DNA of 64,000 nt from Gammaproteobacteria bacterium. Its GTDB lineage: Bacteria; Pseudomonadota; Gammaproteobacteria; Ga0077554; Ga007554. Numbering within the stretch: the stretch's first letter is position 1; each line of letters starts with the position of its first letter. Below, in pieces: positions 1-12,628 of this stretch. The translations under genes were made by a program, and so were the position numbers. The DNA is taken from assembly GCA_016191235.1 (NCBI GenBank), contig JACPOZ010000006.1:122-64121 (forward strand). Reading direction: 5' to 3'. The notes beneath the pieces are model-generated. The model made no database searches and had not been told where the DNA came from. It worked only from the letters and a program-made list of their open reading frames with translations.

Positions 1-1171
1 CGCCCGCTGGAAAAGATACGCGGCATCTTTGGCGACTCCAAAGCACGGATCATCACGCTCGTTCGGCGCTCAAAAAAACGGCCTGCAACAGTTGCGGAAG
101 AACGCGCTCTGGCTGGTACGACAAGAAGCTTCGGCAAGTTCGCGACCTCTCCTGTGGCGACACACGTATCTATCTGGAAATCGAAATTCGACGGGTGCTT
201 TGTCGGCACTGCGGGAAAGTGAAACGCGAACGACTCGACTTTCTCGCCGACACCCCACTCTATACCAAGCGGTTTGCTTGGTATGTAGGCAGACGGTGTC
301 GCGCCAGCACGGTGTCGGACATTGCCCGCGAATTGCTTCTGGACTGGCACACCGTCAAGGAACTGGACAAGCAATACATGACCGCGCAACTGGAACGCGC
401 CGGAACGCCAGCACCCAAGGCCATTGGCATCGACGAAATATCGATTCGCAAAGGACATACCTATCGCATTGTAGTCAGCGACTTGATCCGTGGTCGTCCC
501 ATCTGGTTTGGCGGCGCCGACCGTTCGGAGGGCAGCATGCGACAGTTCTATGACTGGCTGTTCGATGCGAAAACCAAAGGCATTCGTCTTGCAGTGATGG
601 ATATGTGGAAGCCCTTTCGTAACGTAACCAACGAACGCGCTCCGCAGGCGGCCATCCTGTTCGACAAATTCCACATCATGAGCCATCTCGGCGATGCCCT
701 GGATAAAGTCAGAAAGATGGAATATGCACGTCTTCAGGGCAAGGATAGGCGCTACATTAAGGGGCAGAAATACGTACTGCTTTCCAATCACGAAAATCTG
801 ACGCTGGACGGCAGACGTTCTTTGAAGGCTTTGCTGGCGGCGAACAAACGGCTGAACACGGCGTACCTGCTGAAAGAGTCGTTTGGCCAGTTGTGGGATT
901 ACAGGAGCGAAGCATGGGCGCGGCGTTTCTTCGAGAATTGGAAAGCCAGCCTGAAGTGGCAACGCCTGAAACCTTACGAGTTGTTGCCGGGATGATTGAG
1001 CGCCATTGGGATGGGATCGCAGCCTATTGCAAGCCAGAGAATAAAGTTTCACTCGGCTTTATTGAGGGACTCAACAACAAGATACGCGTCATCCAACGCC
1101 GTGCATATGGTCTGAGAGATGAAGAATATCTGCGACTAAAAATACTCACGTCTATGCTCCCGAGGCTCTAA
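1..1171 (+). pseudogene. ISL3 transposase in three frames: -1 shift at the A7 run (72-78) and a second frameshift near 985
   Basis: Frame 1 RPLEKIRGIFGDSKARIITLVRRSKK continues in frame 3 as TACNSCGR...(ORF 195-995); the C-terminus MIERHWDGIAAY... is in ORF 893-1171. Confidence 0.75.
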
Positions 1172-1209
1172 AAAACATGAAATTTACCCACACGATCACG
1201 CGAAGAGCC
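1..1209 (+). mobile_element. ISL3-family insertion sequence, left end outside the window
   Basis: Transposase motifs GIDEIS, AVMDMWKPF, FDKFH and EGLNNKIRVIQRRAYG; right end ...GCGAAGAGCC at 1209 (reverse complement GGCTCTTCGC, typical ISL3 terminus). Confidence 0.9.
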
Positions 1210-1227
1210 CATATTTTATTTGCAGGC

Positions 1228-1614
1228 TTAGAGTGTCACGAAAATATCAGAAAGCATACTCGGGCCATCTGAAGCATTGATTGGTTTGAGGACATAACTT
1301 GTAATTCCTTGCTTGCTGCATTCCATGATTGAGTCCTTGTCGGCAACTGAAGTAAGCATTATTACTGGAATGGCCTTGTTAGTTTCCCGAATCTTTTTCA
1401 GGGTTGCTTTTCCGTCCATTATTGGCATGACAATGTCCAAGAATATCAAGTCTATCTTCTTGTTGGAGGTATCGAGTATTTTTATCGCTTCCCGGCCATT
1501 TTCGGCTTGAATAACGTGTTCATATCCCATCGTTACCAGAACGCGCCTGAGCGATTCACGCATTATATGCGTGTCGTCAACAATCAGTATCGTTGAATTT
1601 TTATCTAACATCAT
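1228..1614 (-). CDS. Single-domain response regulator (CheY-like)
   Basis: ILIVDD, FLDIVMPIMDG, IMLTS and YVLKP receiver motifs. Confidence 0.9.
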   Translation of the reverse strand: MMLDKNSTILIVDDTHIMRESLRRVLVTMGYEHVIQAENGREAIKILDTSNKKIDLIFLDIVMPIMDGKATLKKIRETNKAIPVIMLTSVADKDSIMECSKQGITSYVLKPINASDGPSMLSDIFVTL

Positions 1615-1626
1615 TCACACCGTCAT

Positions 1627-2157
1627 TTAGCTCAAAAGATAGCTGAAATAAAATCGCCCAATATTTTTTATATCGATTGGAACAGTAAAGATCTGTTTAA
1701 CATCCGTCAATAAAAACTCGCTATCTTGCTTGTTAAATATATAGAGAGGTGCACTGAAGCTAATTCTGTACTTTGTATTGTTTATACTACGAGTCGCAAG
1801 CCCAATAACCGTGTTCGAGAATTCAGCCAGCGCCTCTCTGATGTCATCATTTAATACTGTAAAATTTTCAATAGTACCCAACATCTTTGAGCGCACTCGA
1901 TTTCCAATCGCTATGGATGTGCTCAGATCAAAATTCATAATTATTTTTCCAGAAGCAGCAATATCACCAGAAGTTTTTGAAGATACACATACTGCAAACT
2001 CTTTAAAGACAAACACGTCAAGTGGGTCGCTATAACCTAGAAGGTCACTTGTACCATGTAAGTCAGCCATGCGGTTCAGGGCAACAATTGTTTCGTTAAT
2101 TAATGGCAACAATATCGAGTTACGTATATTGTCGGGTAGTTCACCTTGTAGTTCCAT
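1627..2157 (-). CDS. CheX-like phosphatase family protein
   Basis: EALAEFSNTVIG (ExxN motif) and ISFSAP; directly upstream of a CheY-like gene. Confidence 0.6.
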   Translation of the reverse strand: MELQGELPDNIRNSILLPLINETIVALNRMADLHGTSDLLGYSDPLDVFVFKEFAVCVSSKTSGDIAASGKIIMNFDLSTSIAIGNRVRSKMLGTIENFTVLNDDIREALAEFSNTVIGLATRSINNTKYRISFSAPLYIFNKQDSEFLLTDVKQIFTVPIDIKNIGRFYFSYLLS

Positions 2158-2247
2158 GTATTTAGATGTTCTGCAGTTATGGTTTACAGGTATAGGATCG
2201 GCATTAATGGGAATATACTTAACCCTACCTCAACATAAAAATCGATC

Positions 2248-3168
2248 ATGACCCTCACCGAACTCCGCTACATCGTCGCCGTCGCCCGTGAGCGCCATTT
2301 TGGGCGCGCGGCGGAGGCGTGTTTTGTCAGCCAGCCTACGTTAAGCGTGGCGGTGCGCAAGCTGGAGGATGAGCTGGGCGTGGTGCTGTTCGAGCGCGGC
2401 CCAAGTGAAGTAACGGTGACGCCGGCAGGAGAACGCGTCATCGCACAGGCGATGCGCGTGCTGGACGAGGCGCGCACGCTCAAAGAGCTTGCCAGACAGG
2501 GGGAGGATCCGCTATCCGTCCCAATGCGCCTGGGCGCGATCTACACCATCGCACCTTATCTATTGCCCCACCTGATTCCGGTGCTGCATAAACGTGCACC
2601 GCACATGCCGCTGCTGATCGAGGAAAATTATACCGGCACACTGACCGGACGCCTGCAGCAGGGCGAACTGGATGTGATCGTGATCTCGCTGCCCTTTGAG
2701 GTGCCCGGCATTATCACCCAGCCGCTGTACGACGAAGATTTTGTGGTGGTGTTGCCCGCTGGGCACCCGCTGGCGAAAAAAACCGCCGTCAAGCCGGCGG
2801 ACATCGCCGATGAGACGGTATTACTGCTGGGCGCAGGTCATTGTTTCCGTGACCAGGTGCTGAGTGCTTGTCCGGCCTGCCATCGCGGCAGCGCCGTACC
2901 CGGCAGCCTGCAAAAGACACTGGAGGGCAGCTCGCTGGAGACTATCCGACTGATGGTAGCTTCCGGTGCGGGGATCACGGTGCTGCCGGGCACTTCGGTA
3001 AGCATACGGCACAACAAACTGCTTGCTGTGCGCCCCTTTGTTAAACCCGTCCCCACCCGCAGAGTAGCGCTGGCCTGGCGTAAGAGCTTCACCCGGCCCG
3101 AAGCGATTCAAGCCATCCGGCAGGCTATCCTTTCCTCGGATCTGCCAGGCATACGCCCTATTATATGA
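2248..3168 (+). CDS. oxyR: Hydrogen peroxide-inducible activator OxyR (LysR family)
   Basis: LysR HTH (HFGRAAEACFVSQPTLS) and redox-cysteine motif GHCFRDQVLSAC. Confidence 0.93.
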   Translation: MTLTELRYIVAVARERHFGRAAEACFVSQPTLSVAVRKLEDELGVVLFERGPSEVTVTPAGERVIAQAMRVLDEARTLKELARQGEDPLSVPMRLGAIYTIAPYLLPHLIPVLHKRAPHMPLLIEENYTGTLTGRLQQGELDVIVISLPFEVPGIITQPLYDEDFVVVLPAGHPLAKKTAVKPADIADETVLLLGAGHCFRDQVLSACPACHRGSAVPGSLQKTLEGSSLETIRLMVASGAGITVLPGTSVSIRHNKLLAVRPFVKPVPTRRVALAWRKSFTRPEAIQAIRQAILSSDLPGIRPII

Positions 3169-3204
3169 TAGTAATAAACTATCAATATAATAATAACGAT
3201 TAAT
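3168..3204 (+). promoter_or_regulatory. OxyR binding site upstream of rubrerythrin
   Basis: ATAG-N7-CTAT-N7-ATAA-N7-TAAT matches the spacing of the OxyR consensus ATAG-N7-CTAT-N7-ATAG-N7-CTAT. Confidence 0.8.
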
Positions 3205-3299
3205 TAGATTAATTACTCTTGTGCGTCTAATATGCATCTTACGTGGTTACGGCCACATCAATGTGAGATGTCACACCCTTGGATACACAGGAGAAAATC

Positions 3300-3773
3300 A
3301 TGAAACACGACGGTTCGGTAACCATCCAGAATCTTGAAGCGGCCTTCGCCGGCGAGTCGATGGCATATATCAAATATATGTACTTCGCCAAAATCTGCCG
3401 TGCGCAGGGAGACGAGGAAACCGCCAAGGTCTTTGAAGATACGGCGGCGCAGGAGGTGCAGCATGCCTTCGGCCACCTTGATTTGCTTTACCCTAAGGAC
3501 CGGATGGATGCCGCACGCTGCCTGGATATGGCAATTGCCGGGGAAACCTACGAGTACACCGAGTTGTACCCCAAGTTCCGGCACTTGGCGGTGCAGGAAA
3601 ACAACGAGGCGGCGGTGCGTGAATTCGACGAACAAATCGCCGAGTCCGTCGAACATGCGCAACGCTTTCAAGCGACGCTGGAAAAAGCCGCCAAACGGTT
3701 TGCCGCCTTGGCCAAGGTTGAGGAGCGTCACGCCAACCACTATCGTGCGACACTCGCCAAAGTGCGCGGTTAA
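3300..3773 (+). CDS. rbr: Rubrerythrin family protein (no C-terminal rubredoxin domain)
   Basis: NLEAAFAGES, EVQHA, GETYE and EERH diiron motifs; GGAG RBS before ATG 3300. Confidence 0.9.
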   Translation: MKHDGSVTIQNLEAAFAGESMAYIKYMYFAKICRAQGDEETAKVFEDTAAQEVQHAFGHLDLLYPKDRMDAARCLDMAIAGETYEYTELYPKFRHLAVQENNEAAVREFDEQIAESVEHAQRFQATLEKAAKRFAALAKVEERHANHYRATLAKVRG

Positions 3774-3809
3774 GTTGCTCATTTAAGAATGATTAAGAGG
3801 AAAGAGATG

Positions 3810-3980
3810 ATGAAAAAATGGCAATGTGTAGTCTGTGGCCTGATCTATGATGAAAGCGCCGGAATGCCTGCGGAAGGCATCGCTCCGGGTACGCGCTGGG
3901 CGGACATCCCCGATAACTGGGCCTGCCCGGATTGCGGGGTAGCAAAAAGCGATTTCGAGATGGTCGAAATCGCGGCATAA
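3810..3980 (+). CDS. rubA: Rubredoxin
   Basis: CVVCG...WACPDCG. Confidence 0.95.
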   Translation: MKKWQCVVCGLIYDESAGMPAEGIAPGTRWADIPDNWACPDCGVAKSDFEMVEIAA

Positions 3981-3998
3981 TCCTATAAAAAGGCGGTT

Positions 3999-4068
3999 AG
4001 CCACAAAGGACACAGACATAATGCAGGTTCTGCGTGTTTTCCTCTGTGTTCCCTGTGTCTCTGTGGCT
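3999..4068. repeat. CACAGAG/CTCTGTG-type imperfect palindromic intergenic repeat
   Basis: AGCCACAAAGGACACAGA...CTCTGTGTTCCCTGTGTCTCTGTGGCT; related copy at 44285-44401. Confidence 0.6.
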
Positions 4069-4108
4069 TTTTATTCGGTTTACCTACATCATCACTCCTG
4101 GAGATCCC

Positions 4109-5254
4109 ATGAACCCCATCATCATCGTCGGCAGCGGTCTTTCGGGTTACACCCTGGCCCGCGAATTCCGCAAAATCGACAAAGAAACGCCATTGCGGAT
4201 CATCACGGCGGATGACGGGCGCGTTTATTCCAAGCCTATGCTTTCCAATGCCTTGAGCAACGGCCGGACACCGGATCAGCTGGCCACGGCTGACGCCACA
4301 CAAATGGCGGCCCAATTGAATGCGGTGATCCAGACACATAGCTGGGTGAACGCCATCGACACGGCGCGTCACATCATTTCCGTGGATGGCCAGGAGCTGG
4401 AATACGCCAAGCTCGTGCTTGCGCTGGGTGCCGAGGTGATCAAACCCGCATTGAAGGGCGATGCCGCTGATGCCGTGATGTCGGTGAATGACCTGGGCGA
4501 CTACACGCGTTTTCGTGCTGTCATTACCGACGCCAAGCATGTCGCTATCATCGGCGCGGGGCTGATCGGCTGTGAGTTCGCCAACGACCTGCGCAGTGCA
4601 GGTATCGCCGTGGATGTCATCAGCACCGGCAACGCACCTCTCAATCGCCTGCTGCCCGAGGCGGCCGGGCATGCATTGCAGAGGGGTCTGGCGCATATCG
4701 GGGTCAACTGGCACATCGACAAGGCTGTTACGGCGGTAGACCACCGTGGTGCTCAGGGCTACCGCCTTACACTCTCTGATGGCTCAAGCGTCGAGGCAGA
4801 TGCGGTGTTGTCCTGCGTGGGCCTGCGTCCGCGTACCGCGCTGGCCAGTGCTGCGGGTATACACACAGCGCGCGGCATCGCGGTGGACCGCTTTCTTGCC
4901 ACCAGCGCGCCTGATGTTTATGCCATGGGTGATTGCGCCGAGGTAGAAGGCCTGGTGCTGTTCTACGTCATGCCTCTGATGAACGCCGCACGCGCCCTGG
5001 CGAAAACCTTGGCAGGCGCGCCTACCCCGGTCGGCTACCCGCCCATGCCGGTGGTTGTGAAAACACCGGCACATCCCGTAGTCGTTTCCCCGCCGTCACC
5101 CGGCGTTATGGGCGCATGGAAGATCGAGGTATTGGAAGCTGGCGTGCGCGCGCTATTTTTCGATGCCGACAACAAACTGCGCGGCTTTGCCTTGACTGGC
5201 ACAGCGGTGAGTGAAAAAAATGCGCTGGTCAAGGAGTTGCCAGCGCTGCTTTAA
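4109..5254 (+). CDS. rubB: Rubredoxin-NAD(+) reductase
   Basis: IIIVGSGLSG, YSKPMLS, GAGLIGCEFANDL and VVVKTP; follows rubredoxin. Confidence 0.9.
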   Translation: MNPIIIVGSGLSGYTLAREFRKIDKETPLRIITADDGRVYSKPMLSNALSNGRTPDQLATADATQMAAQLNAVIQTHSWVNAIDTARHIISVDGQELEYAKLVLALGAEVIKPALKGDAADAVMSVNDLGDYTRFRAVITDAKHVAIIGAGLIGCEFANDLRSAGIAVDVISTGNAPLNRLLPEAAGHALQRGLAHIGVNWHIDKAVTAVDHRGAQGYRLTLSDGSSVEADAVLSCVGLRPRTALASAAGIHTARGIAVDRFLATSAPDVYAMGDCAEVEGLVLFYVMPLMNAARALAKTLAGAPTPVGYPPMPVVVKTPAHPVVVSPPSPGVMGAWKIEVLEAGVRALFFDADNKLRGFALTGTAVSEKNALVKELPALL

Positions 5255-5271
5255 AATTGCTTTTTGTAGGA

Positions 5272-7716
<2,445 letters not shown>

Positions 7717-7764
7717 CTATACCTGGAAGCGTATTGTAACATATTGTTACTGTGTAGAATCCTG

Positions 7765-8847
7765 TCAAAAAGTCCGTTCCGTCACTACGCCGTGTTCCAC
7801 GTGGAACATCTTCCTCCCGGCTATTTCCGGCACATGGATCAATTCTCTATCCGTGGTCGTTACCATTATCTGTGCGTCAAGCTCACAGAGTAGATCTATC
7901 AATTTTCTTCGGTGTTGTGTATCCAACTCGGCAGGCAGATCATCCACCAAAATAATGCACTGGCGTTGTGCGCGAACTTTTAGAAGCGCGGCCTGCGCTA
8001 GATACATTGCGCATATCAGTAATTTTTGCTGCCCCCCCGAGGTGTATTCCTGCGCAGGCTTGCCGGCAACCTCAATCATAACGTCGGCGCGGTGCGGACC
8101 CCTGCTGGTATAGCCAAGCGATCGGTCTTTTTCCAGCGAACGCGCCAGCACCTCACGATATTCGGCATCCTGAGCCCAACCGCGCAAATAACGCAGCGAC
8201 ACCCCTTCAAGAGGAAGCAGCTTTTCCACAAACCCAACGAACAACGGCAAGTAATCACGCAGGTATTCACGCCTGAGTGAATCTATTCGGCTTGCGCTTT
8301 CCTGCAACTCCATACTCCACACATCTTCCGGCATGGAACGGCCAGAACAGCGCAACGATGCATTCCTTTGTTTAAGGGCGCGGCAATAGCGCGCCCAGAC
8401 AGGCATAAAGGCATGTTCCACGTGGAACACACCCCAGTCCATAAAGCGGCGGCGCTGCCGTGGACCCAGGGTTAGTATTTTGTGGCTGTCGGGGTTAATT
8501 AGAAGAAGCGGTAGATGAGTGACGAGATCCGAGGTGCGCTCCAGCGTCTGCCCCGCCGCACGCATGCGCATCTTTTCCGCCATATATTCAATGCCCAGCG
8601 GAATACGCTGCTCAGCACTAATGTTCACCTGACCAACTACAGTAAAACCGTCTGCGCCCTTGCTGATAACATTCTGGATATGAGAGGAACGAAAAGAACG
8701 CGCCCGCCCCAGCAGGTAAATAGCCTCCAAAAGACTTGTTTTACCGCTGGCGTTAACGCCATGAATAATATTCAGGCACGGGGCAGGTTCGATATGGGTC
8801 TCGGCAAGATTCCGGACGTTTTTGATATAAAGGGAGGCCAGGCTCAT
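7765..8847 (-). CDS. recF: DNA replication/repair protein RecF
   Basis: GVNASGKT, GPHRAD and SGGQQK; lies between dnaN and gyrB. Confidence 0.97.
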   Translation of the reverse strand: MSLASLYIKNVRNLAETHIEPAPCLNIIHGVNASGKTSLLEAIYLLGRARSFRSSHIQNVISKGADGFTVVGQVNISAEQRIPLGIEYMAEKMRMRAAGQTLERTSDLVTHLPLLLINPDSHKILTLGPRQRRRFMDWGVFHVEHAFMPVWARYCRALKQRNASLRCSGRSMPEDVWSMELQESASRIDSLRREYLRDYLPLFVGFVEKLLPLEGVSLRYLRGWAQDAEYREVLARSLEKDRSLGYTSRGPHRADVMIEVAGKPAQEYTSGGQQKLLICAMYLAQAALLKVRAQRQCIILVDDLPAELDTQHRRKLIDLLCELDAQIMVTTTDRELIHVPEIAGRKMFHVEHGVVTERTF

Positions 8848-8900
8848 TAAAAATAATCTAGCCTGAATGTTCCAAGCTGAAAATAAGCATTATCCGGGTA

Positions 8901-10001
8901 TTACAGCCGCATCGGCATCACAACGTACTTGCAGTGCTCCATGCCGACACCTTGTATCAAACAACAGCTATTGGCATCCGAAAGCACCAGCTGCGCCTGC
9001 GCTCCGGTAACGGCAGAAAGCGCGTCTATCACGTAACTTACGTTAAAGCCAATTTCCAGGGTATCGCCCTGATAGTCGACAGCGACTTCTTCTTCCGCTT
9101 CTTCCTGCTCCGGGTTGTGGGCAAAGATGCGCAGGCTACCTTTCGCCAACTGGAAGCGCACGCTACGGTGTTTTTCATTGGAAAGAATCGAAGCACGCAC
9201 CAACGCCTGTTTGAGCGTTTCCTTGTCACTGATGACGAGTTTGTCGCCGCCCTGCGGTACAACGCGCTGATAGTCGGGGAAGCGTCCATCGATCAGTTTG
9301 GAGGTAAAGCTTATCTCCGGTGTTGAAAGCTGGATATGGTTGGCGCCAAGTTGGACCTGGATCATCCGATCCGAATCCTCAAGCAACCGCGACAGTTCTT
9401 GTATACCCTTCCTCGGTATAATGATCTGTTGGATTTCTGAGACTTTTATATCGACATCGGCATCACACAGTGCGAGTCGGTGGCCGTCGGTAGCGACCGT
9501 GCGCAACCTGCCATCGGCAATCTCCAACAACAGCCCATTCAGGTAATAGCGAATATCCTGTTGCGCCATCGCAAAGCCTGTCCGGTCAATGAGATTTTTC
9601 AAGACATTTTGTGCAACGGAAAAACTGATCACTTCACTGAATGAACCGATATTCGGAAATTCGGCTGCAGGTAGTGTAGACAGGGTAAAACGGCTCTTGC
9701 CGGAACGGATCACTGTACGCTCACCTTCTACCGTGAGTTCCACTTGGGCCTGTTCGGGCAAGGCGCGGCAGATATCCAGGAACTTACGTGCAGGCAAGGT
9801 AGTTTCACCAGCCTCGGAACCGTCGAATTGAGTACGTGCCGTCATCTCGATTTCGAGATCTGTCGCCGTAAGAGACAACCCCTCCCTATCAGCCTTGAGC
9901 AGCACGTTGGACAGAATGGGTAAGGTCTGCCTGCGTTCCACAACACCACAGACCAATTGAAGCGGTTTCAACAAGTTTTCGCGCTGTATTGTGAGTTTCA
10001 T
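8901..10001 (-). CDS. dnaN: DNA polymerase III beta clamp
   Basis: ATDLE, ATDGHRL and VVMPMRL. Confidence 0.99.
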   Translation of the reverse strand: MKLTIQRENLLKPLQLVCGVVERRQTLPILSNVLLKADREGLSLTATDLEIEMTARTQFDGSEAGETTLPARKFLDICRALPEQAQVELTVEGERTVIRSGKSRFTLSTLPAAEFPNIGSFSEVISFSVAQNVLKNLIDRTGFAMAQQDIRYYLNGLLLEIADGRLRTVATDGHRLALCDADVDIKVSEIQQIIIPRKGIQELSRLLEDSDRMIQVQLGANHIQLSTPEISFTSKLIDGRFPDYQRVVPQGGDKLVISDKETLKQALVRASILSNEKHRSVRFQLAKGSLRIFAHNPEQEEAEEEVAVDYQGDTLEIGFNVSYVIDALSAVTGAQAQLVLSDANSCCLIQGVGMEHCKYVVMPMRL

Positions 10002-10209
10002 AATATTACCTAAATATTTAAAATTATTATTATAGTTATAATGCCCTGTAAAACCCTGTATATCTATAAAAAAACATTTAAAAATATAGCGTTATATGAT
10101 TTATAAGGAGGCTCAAAACTGTATCTGAAAGCCCACCTGATCCTGTTGATGTTTTGTGGATAATTTTATTTTTTTAAAAATTACTAAAGTTACCCACAGA
10201 TTATAAACA
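10002..10209. other. Probable oriC part between dnaA and dnaN
   Basis: Very AT-rich; perfect DnaA box TGTGGATAA 10155-10163, one-mismatch TTACCCACA 10190-10198, degenerate TTATAAACA 10201-10209. Confidence 0.7.
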
Positions 10210-11574
10210 TCAATTAGTCAGGGTTCTCAACAGGTTCGAATAGTCCTGGTTAATGTGGTTATCGCTCTCTTTCAACTCTACTACTTTTCTGCACGCATGC
10301 AGCACTGTAGTGTGATCCCGTCCACCAAAGGACTTTCCTATTTCCGGCAGGCTGTGCTTGGTCAGCTCTTTGGCAAGAGCCATGGCAAGCTGGCGCGGAC
10401 GAGCAACTGAACGTGTGCGCCGCTGGGAAGTAAGATCGGCGACACGGATCTTGTAGTAGTCCGCCACAGTCTTCTGGATATTTTCAATCGTCACCAGACG
10501 GTCCTGAACCGCCAGCAGGTCGCGTAGCGCCTCTTTGGTGAACTCAACGGTAATGGGCTTACCGGTGAAGCGTGCATTGGCAATAACGCGGCGTAGCGCC
10601 CCTTCCAGTTCGCGTACATTGGAACGAATGCGCTTTGCAATGAAGAAGGCAACCTCACTGGGTAGCTCACACTGGGTTTGTTCGGCCTTGTTCATCAGGA
10701 TGGCGACGCGTGTTTCCAGCTCAGGCGGCTCGATATGTACCGTCAGGCCCCATCCGAAACGCGATTTGAGACGTTCTTCCAGGCCATTAACCTCTTTCGG
10801 ATAACGGTCGCAGGTCATGATAATCTGCTTCTGTCCTTCCATCAAGTAATTGAATGTATGGAAAAATTCTTCCTGGGAACGTTCCTTGCCGGCAAAGAAC
10901 TGAATATCGTCGATAAGCAGGCCATCCACCGAGCGGTAATAGCGTTTGAAGTCGTCGATGGTGTTGTGCTGTAACGCTTTTACCATATCGACAACAAATT
11001 GTTCTGAATGCAGGTAGATAACCTTGGCATCTGGTTTGGCCTTTACCATCATGTTGCCGATGGCGTGCATCAAGTGCGTTTTGCCCAGGCCGACGCCCCC
11101 ATAGATGAATAAAGGGTTATAAGCCCCGCCAGCGTTTTCCCCTACCTGCAGGGAGGCGGCATGCGCCAACTGGTTGGACTTGCCGCTAACAAAGGTATCG
11201 AAAGTGAACTCCGGCTTCAGATTGCTGACGTGGTCCATCCCGGACGTATCTTCTTTTGTGTTGGGATGGAACCGTCTTTTGATTGAAGCGGGTTTGGCTG
11301 TCGCGGCGGCGGAAAGGGTGTTTGCCACCTTGGAACTGCCGATTTCGAGAATCAACCGGGGGGACTCGCCATCCCCTGATTTTGTAAGTATATCGTTGAT
11401 CTGGCTTGAGAATCGTTCATTAACCCAATCCAGGACAAACTGATTGGGCGCAAGAAGACGTAGCGAAGACGCATCCTCGACCGCATGCAGTGGACGAATC
11501 CAGGTATTGAACTGTTGTGGCGTGAGCTGGCTTTCCAGCCGCTCAAGACATCGTTGCCACAAAGAAAGCTCCAC
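10210..11574 (-). CDS. dnaA: Chromosomal replication initiator DnaA
   Basis: [22 protein letters not shown] and [11 protein letters not shown]. Confidence 0.99.
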   Translation of the reverse strand: MELSLWQRCLERLESQLTPQQFNTWIRPLHAVEDASSLRLLAPNQFVLDWVNERFSSQINDILTKSGDGESPRLILEIGSSKVANTLSAAATAKPASIKRRFHPNTKEDTSGMDHVSNLKPEFTFDTFVSGKSNQLAHAASLQVGENAGGAYNPLFIYGGVGLGKTHLMHAIGNMMVKAKPDAKVIYLHSEQFVVDMVKALQHNTIDDFKRYYRSVDGLLIDDIQFFAGKERSQEEFFHTFNYLMEGQKQIIMTCDRYPKEVNGLEERLKSRFGWGLTVHIEPPELETRVAILMNKAEQTQCELPSEVAFFIAKRIRSNVRELEGALRRVIANARFTGKPITVEFTKEALRDLLAVQDRLVTIENIQKTVADYYKIRVADLTSQRRTRSVARPRQLAMALAKELTKHSLPEIGKSFGGRDHTTVLHACRKVVELKESDNHINQDYSNLLRTLTN

Positions 11575-11643
11575 GGATACAAGTCTCCAGAAAGGCGGTG
11601 ATATGGGACACCAAGGACGGAAGTCTATACCTCTTGGGGAAGG

Positions 11644-11740
11644 TTATCCACAACCTTGCGGCAGCTTTTTTTTAACTTTTTGAAAGAAAAGAAAATTTTG
11701 TTAATTATTTGTTTTAAATAATAATTTTAAAAATTTTCAG
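11644..11740. promoter_or_regulatory. DnaA box and AT-rich tract upstream of dnaA
   Basis: Perfect TTATCCACA at 11644-11652 followed by a nearly pure A/T stretch. Confidence 0.7.
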
Positions 11741-11803
11741 GGAGGATTAAAGCAGAAATATTTGGCCTTTGGCTATCAGAATGTGGGCTAATGCCTGTGA
11801 GGT

Positions 11804-12628
11804 TCAAAGGGGCAGCGGTATCATCCCCTGCGTCGAGATGGCTACCTTGCCTCCCGGCCCAGGGCTGCCGAAGAAGCGCAGGGCCTGTTCCAGGTCGGGG
11901 CGGCCGGGATCGCGCAGGGAAAGGCTGCCGGTGAATTGATAGGCGCCGTCGGGCTTGAGGCGCAGCAGACCCTCGGCGCGCAACGGGCTGCCGGGGCTGT
12001 CCTTGAGCACGCCTTTAATCTCCTGGCCGCTGGTCTCCAGCGTCATTACGAAATTGCCCAGCGCGGTTTTGGGTGACATCAGGCCTGCGTTGCTCCAGGT
12101 GAGCGTGCCGTTCACCGCAGACAATTTTTTGTCCAAAAACGCGACCTCCGCCAGGACGATGTTCAGCGTGCCATCCAGGCCAGTGCCACTGATATTCAGC
12201 ATATTTTCCAGCGCTGTTGCGGGTAGGCGGGTTTCAACGTCGCGCAGGTAGATGCCGCCACCCAGCGTGCGCCCGGCGACAGCTTGGGTGTGGCGGCCCG
12301 CCTCGTCAAAGTCCAGGGCAACTTCGGTGTGCCCCAGCAGTAGCGCCCACGGACGAACATGCCAGGCCACCGACTGGAATTGTCGCGCCCCCGTTACCGC
12401 CAGCGCCGCTTTTCCTGACCATGCCGTACCCTCAATCTCATAAAGCTGGAGTGGGGCAATCCGCTCCTTGAGCAGGGTATAGGCACGCGCAGCGGGCATT
12501 GTGACCAGCAGAAATGCCAGATACATCAGCAGCGCGAACGCAACATAGCGCCAGCTATGGGCTATAAAAGCGCGCACTGTGCCCAGTTGAAACCCATTAA
12601 AGCGGAAGGATTTCATGTTATCCGCCAC
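11804..12628 (-). CDS. gspN: Type II secretion protein N
   Basis: N-terminal TM, TMPA, GTAWSG and WHVRPWALLLG; last gene of the gsp run. Confidence 0.88.
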   Translation of the reverse strand: MADNMKSFRFNGFQLGTVRAFIAHSWRYVAFALLMYLAFLLVTMPAARAYTLLKERIAPLQLYEIEGTAWSGKAALAVTGARQFQSVAWHVRPWALLLGHTEVALDFDEAGRHTQAVAGRTLGGGIYLRDVETRLPATALENMLNISGTGLDGTLNIVLAEVAFLDKKLSAVNGTLTWSNAGLMSPKTALGNFVMTLETSGQEIKGVLKDSPGSPLRAEGLLRLKPDGAYQFTGSLSLRDPGRPDLEQALRFFGSPGPGGKVAISTQGMIPLPL

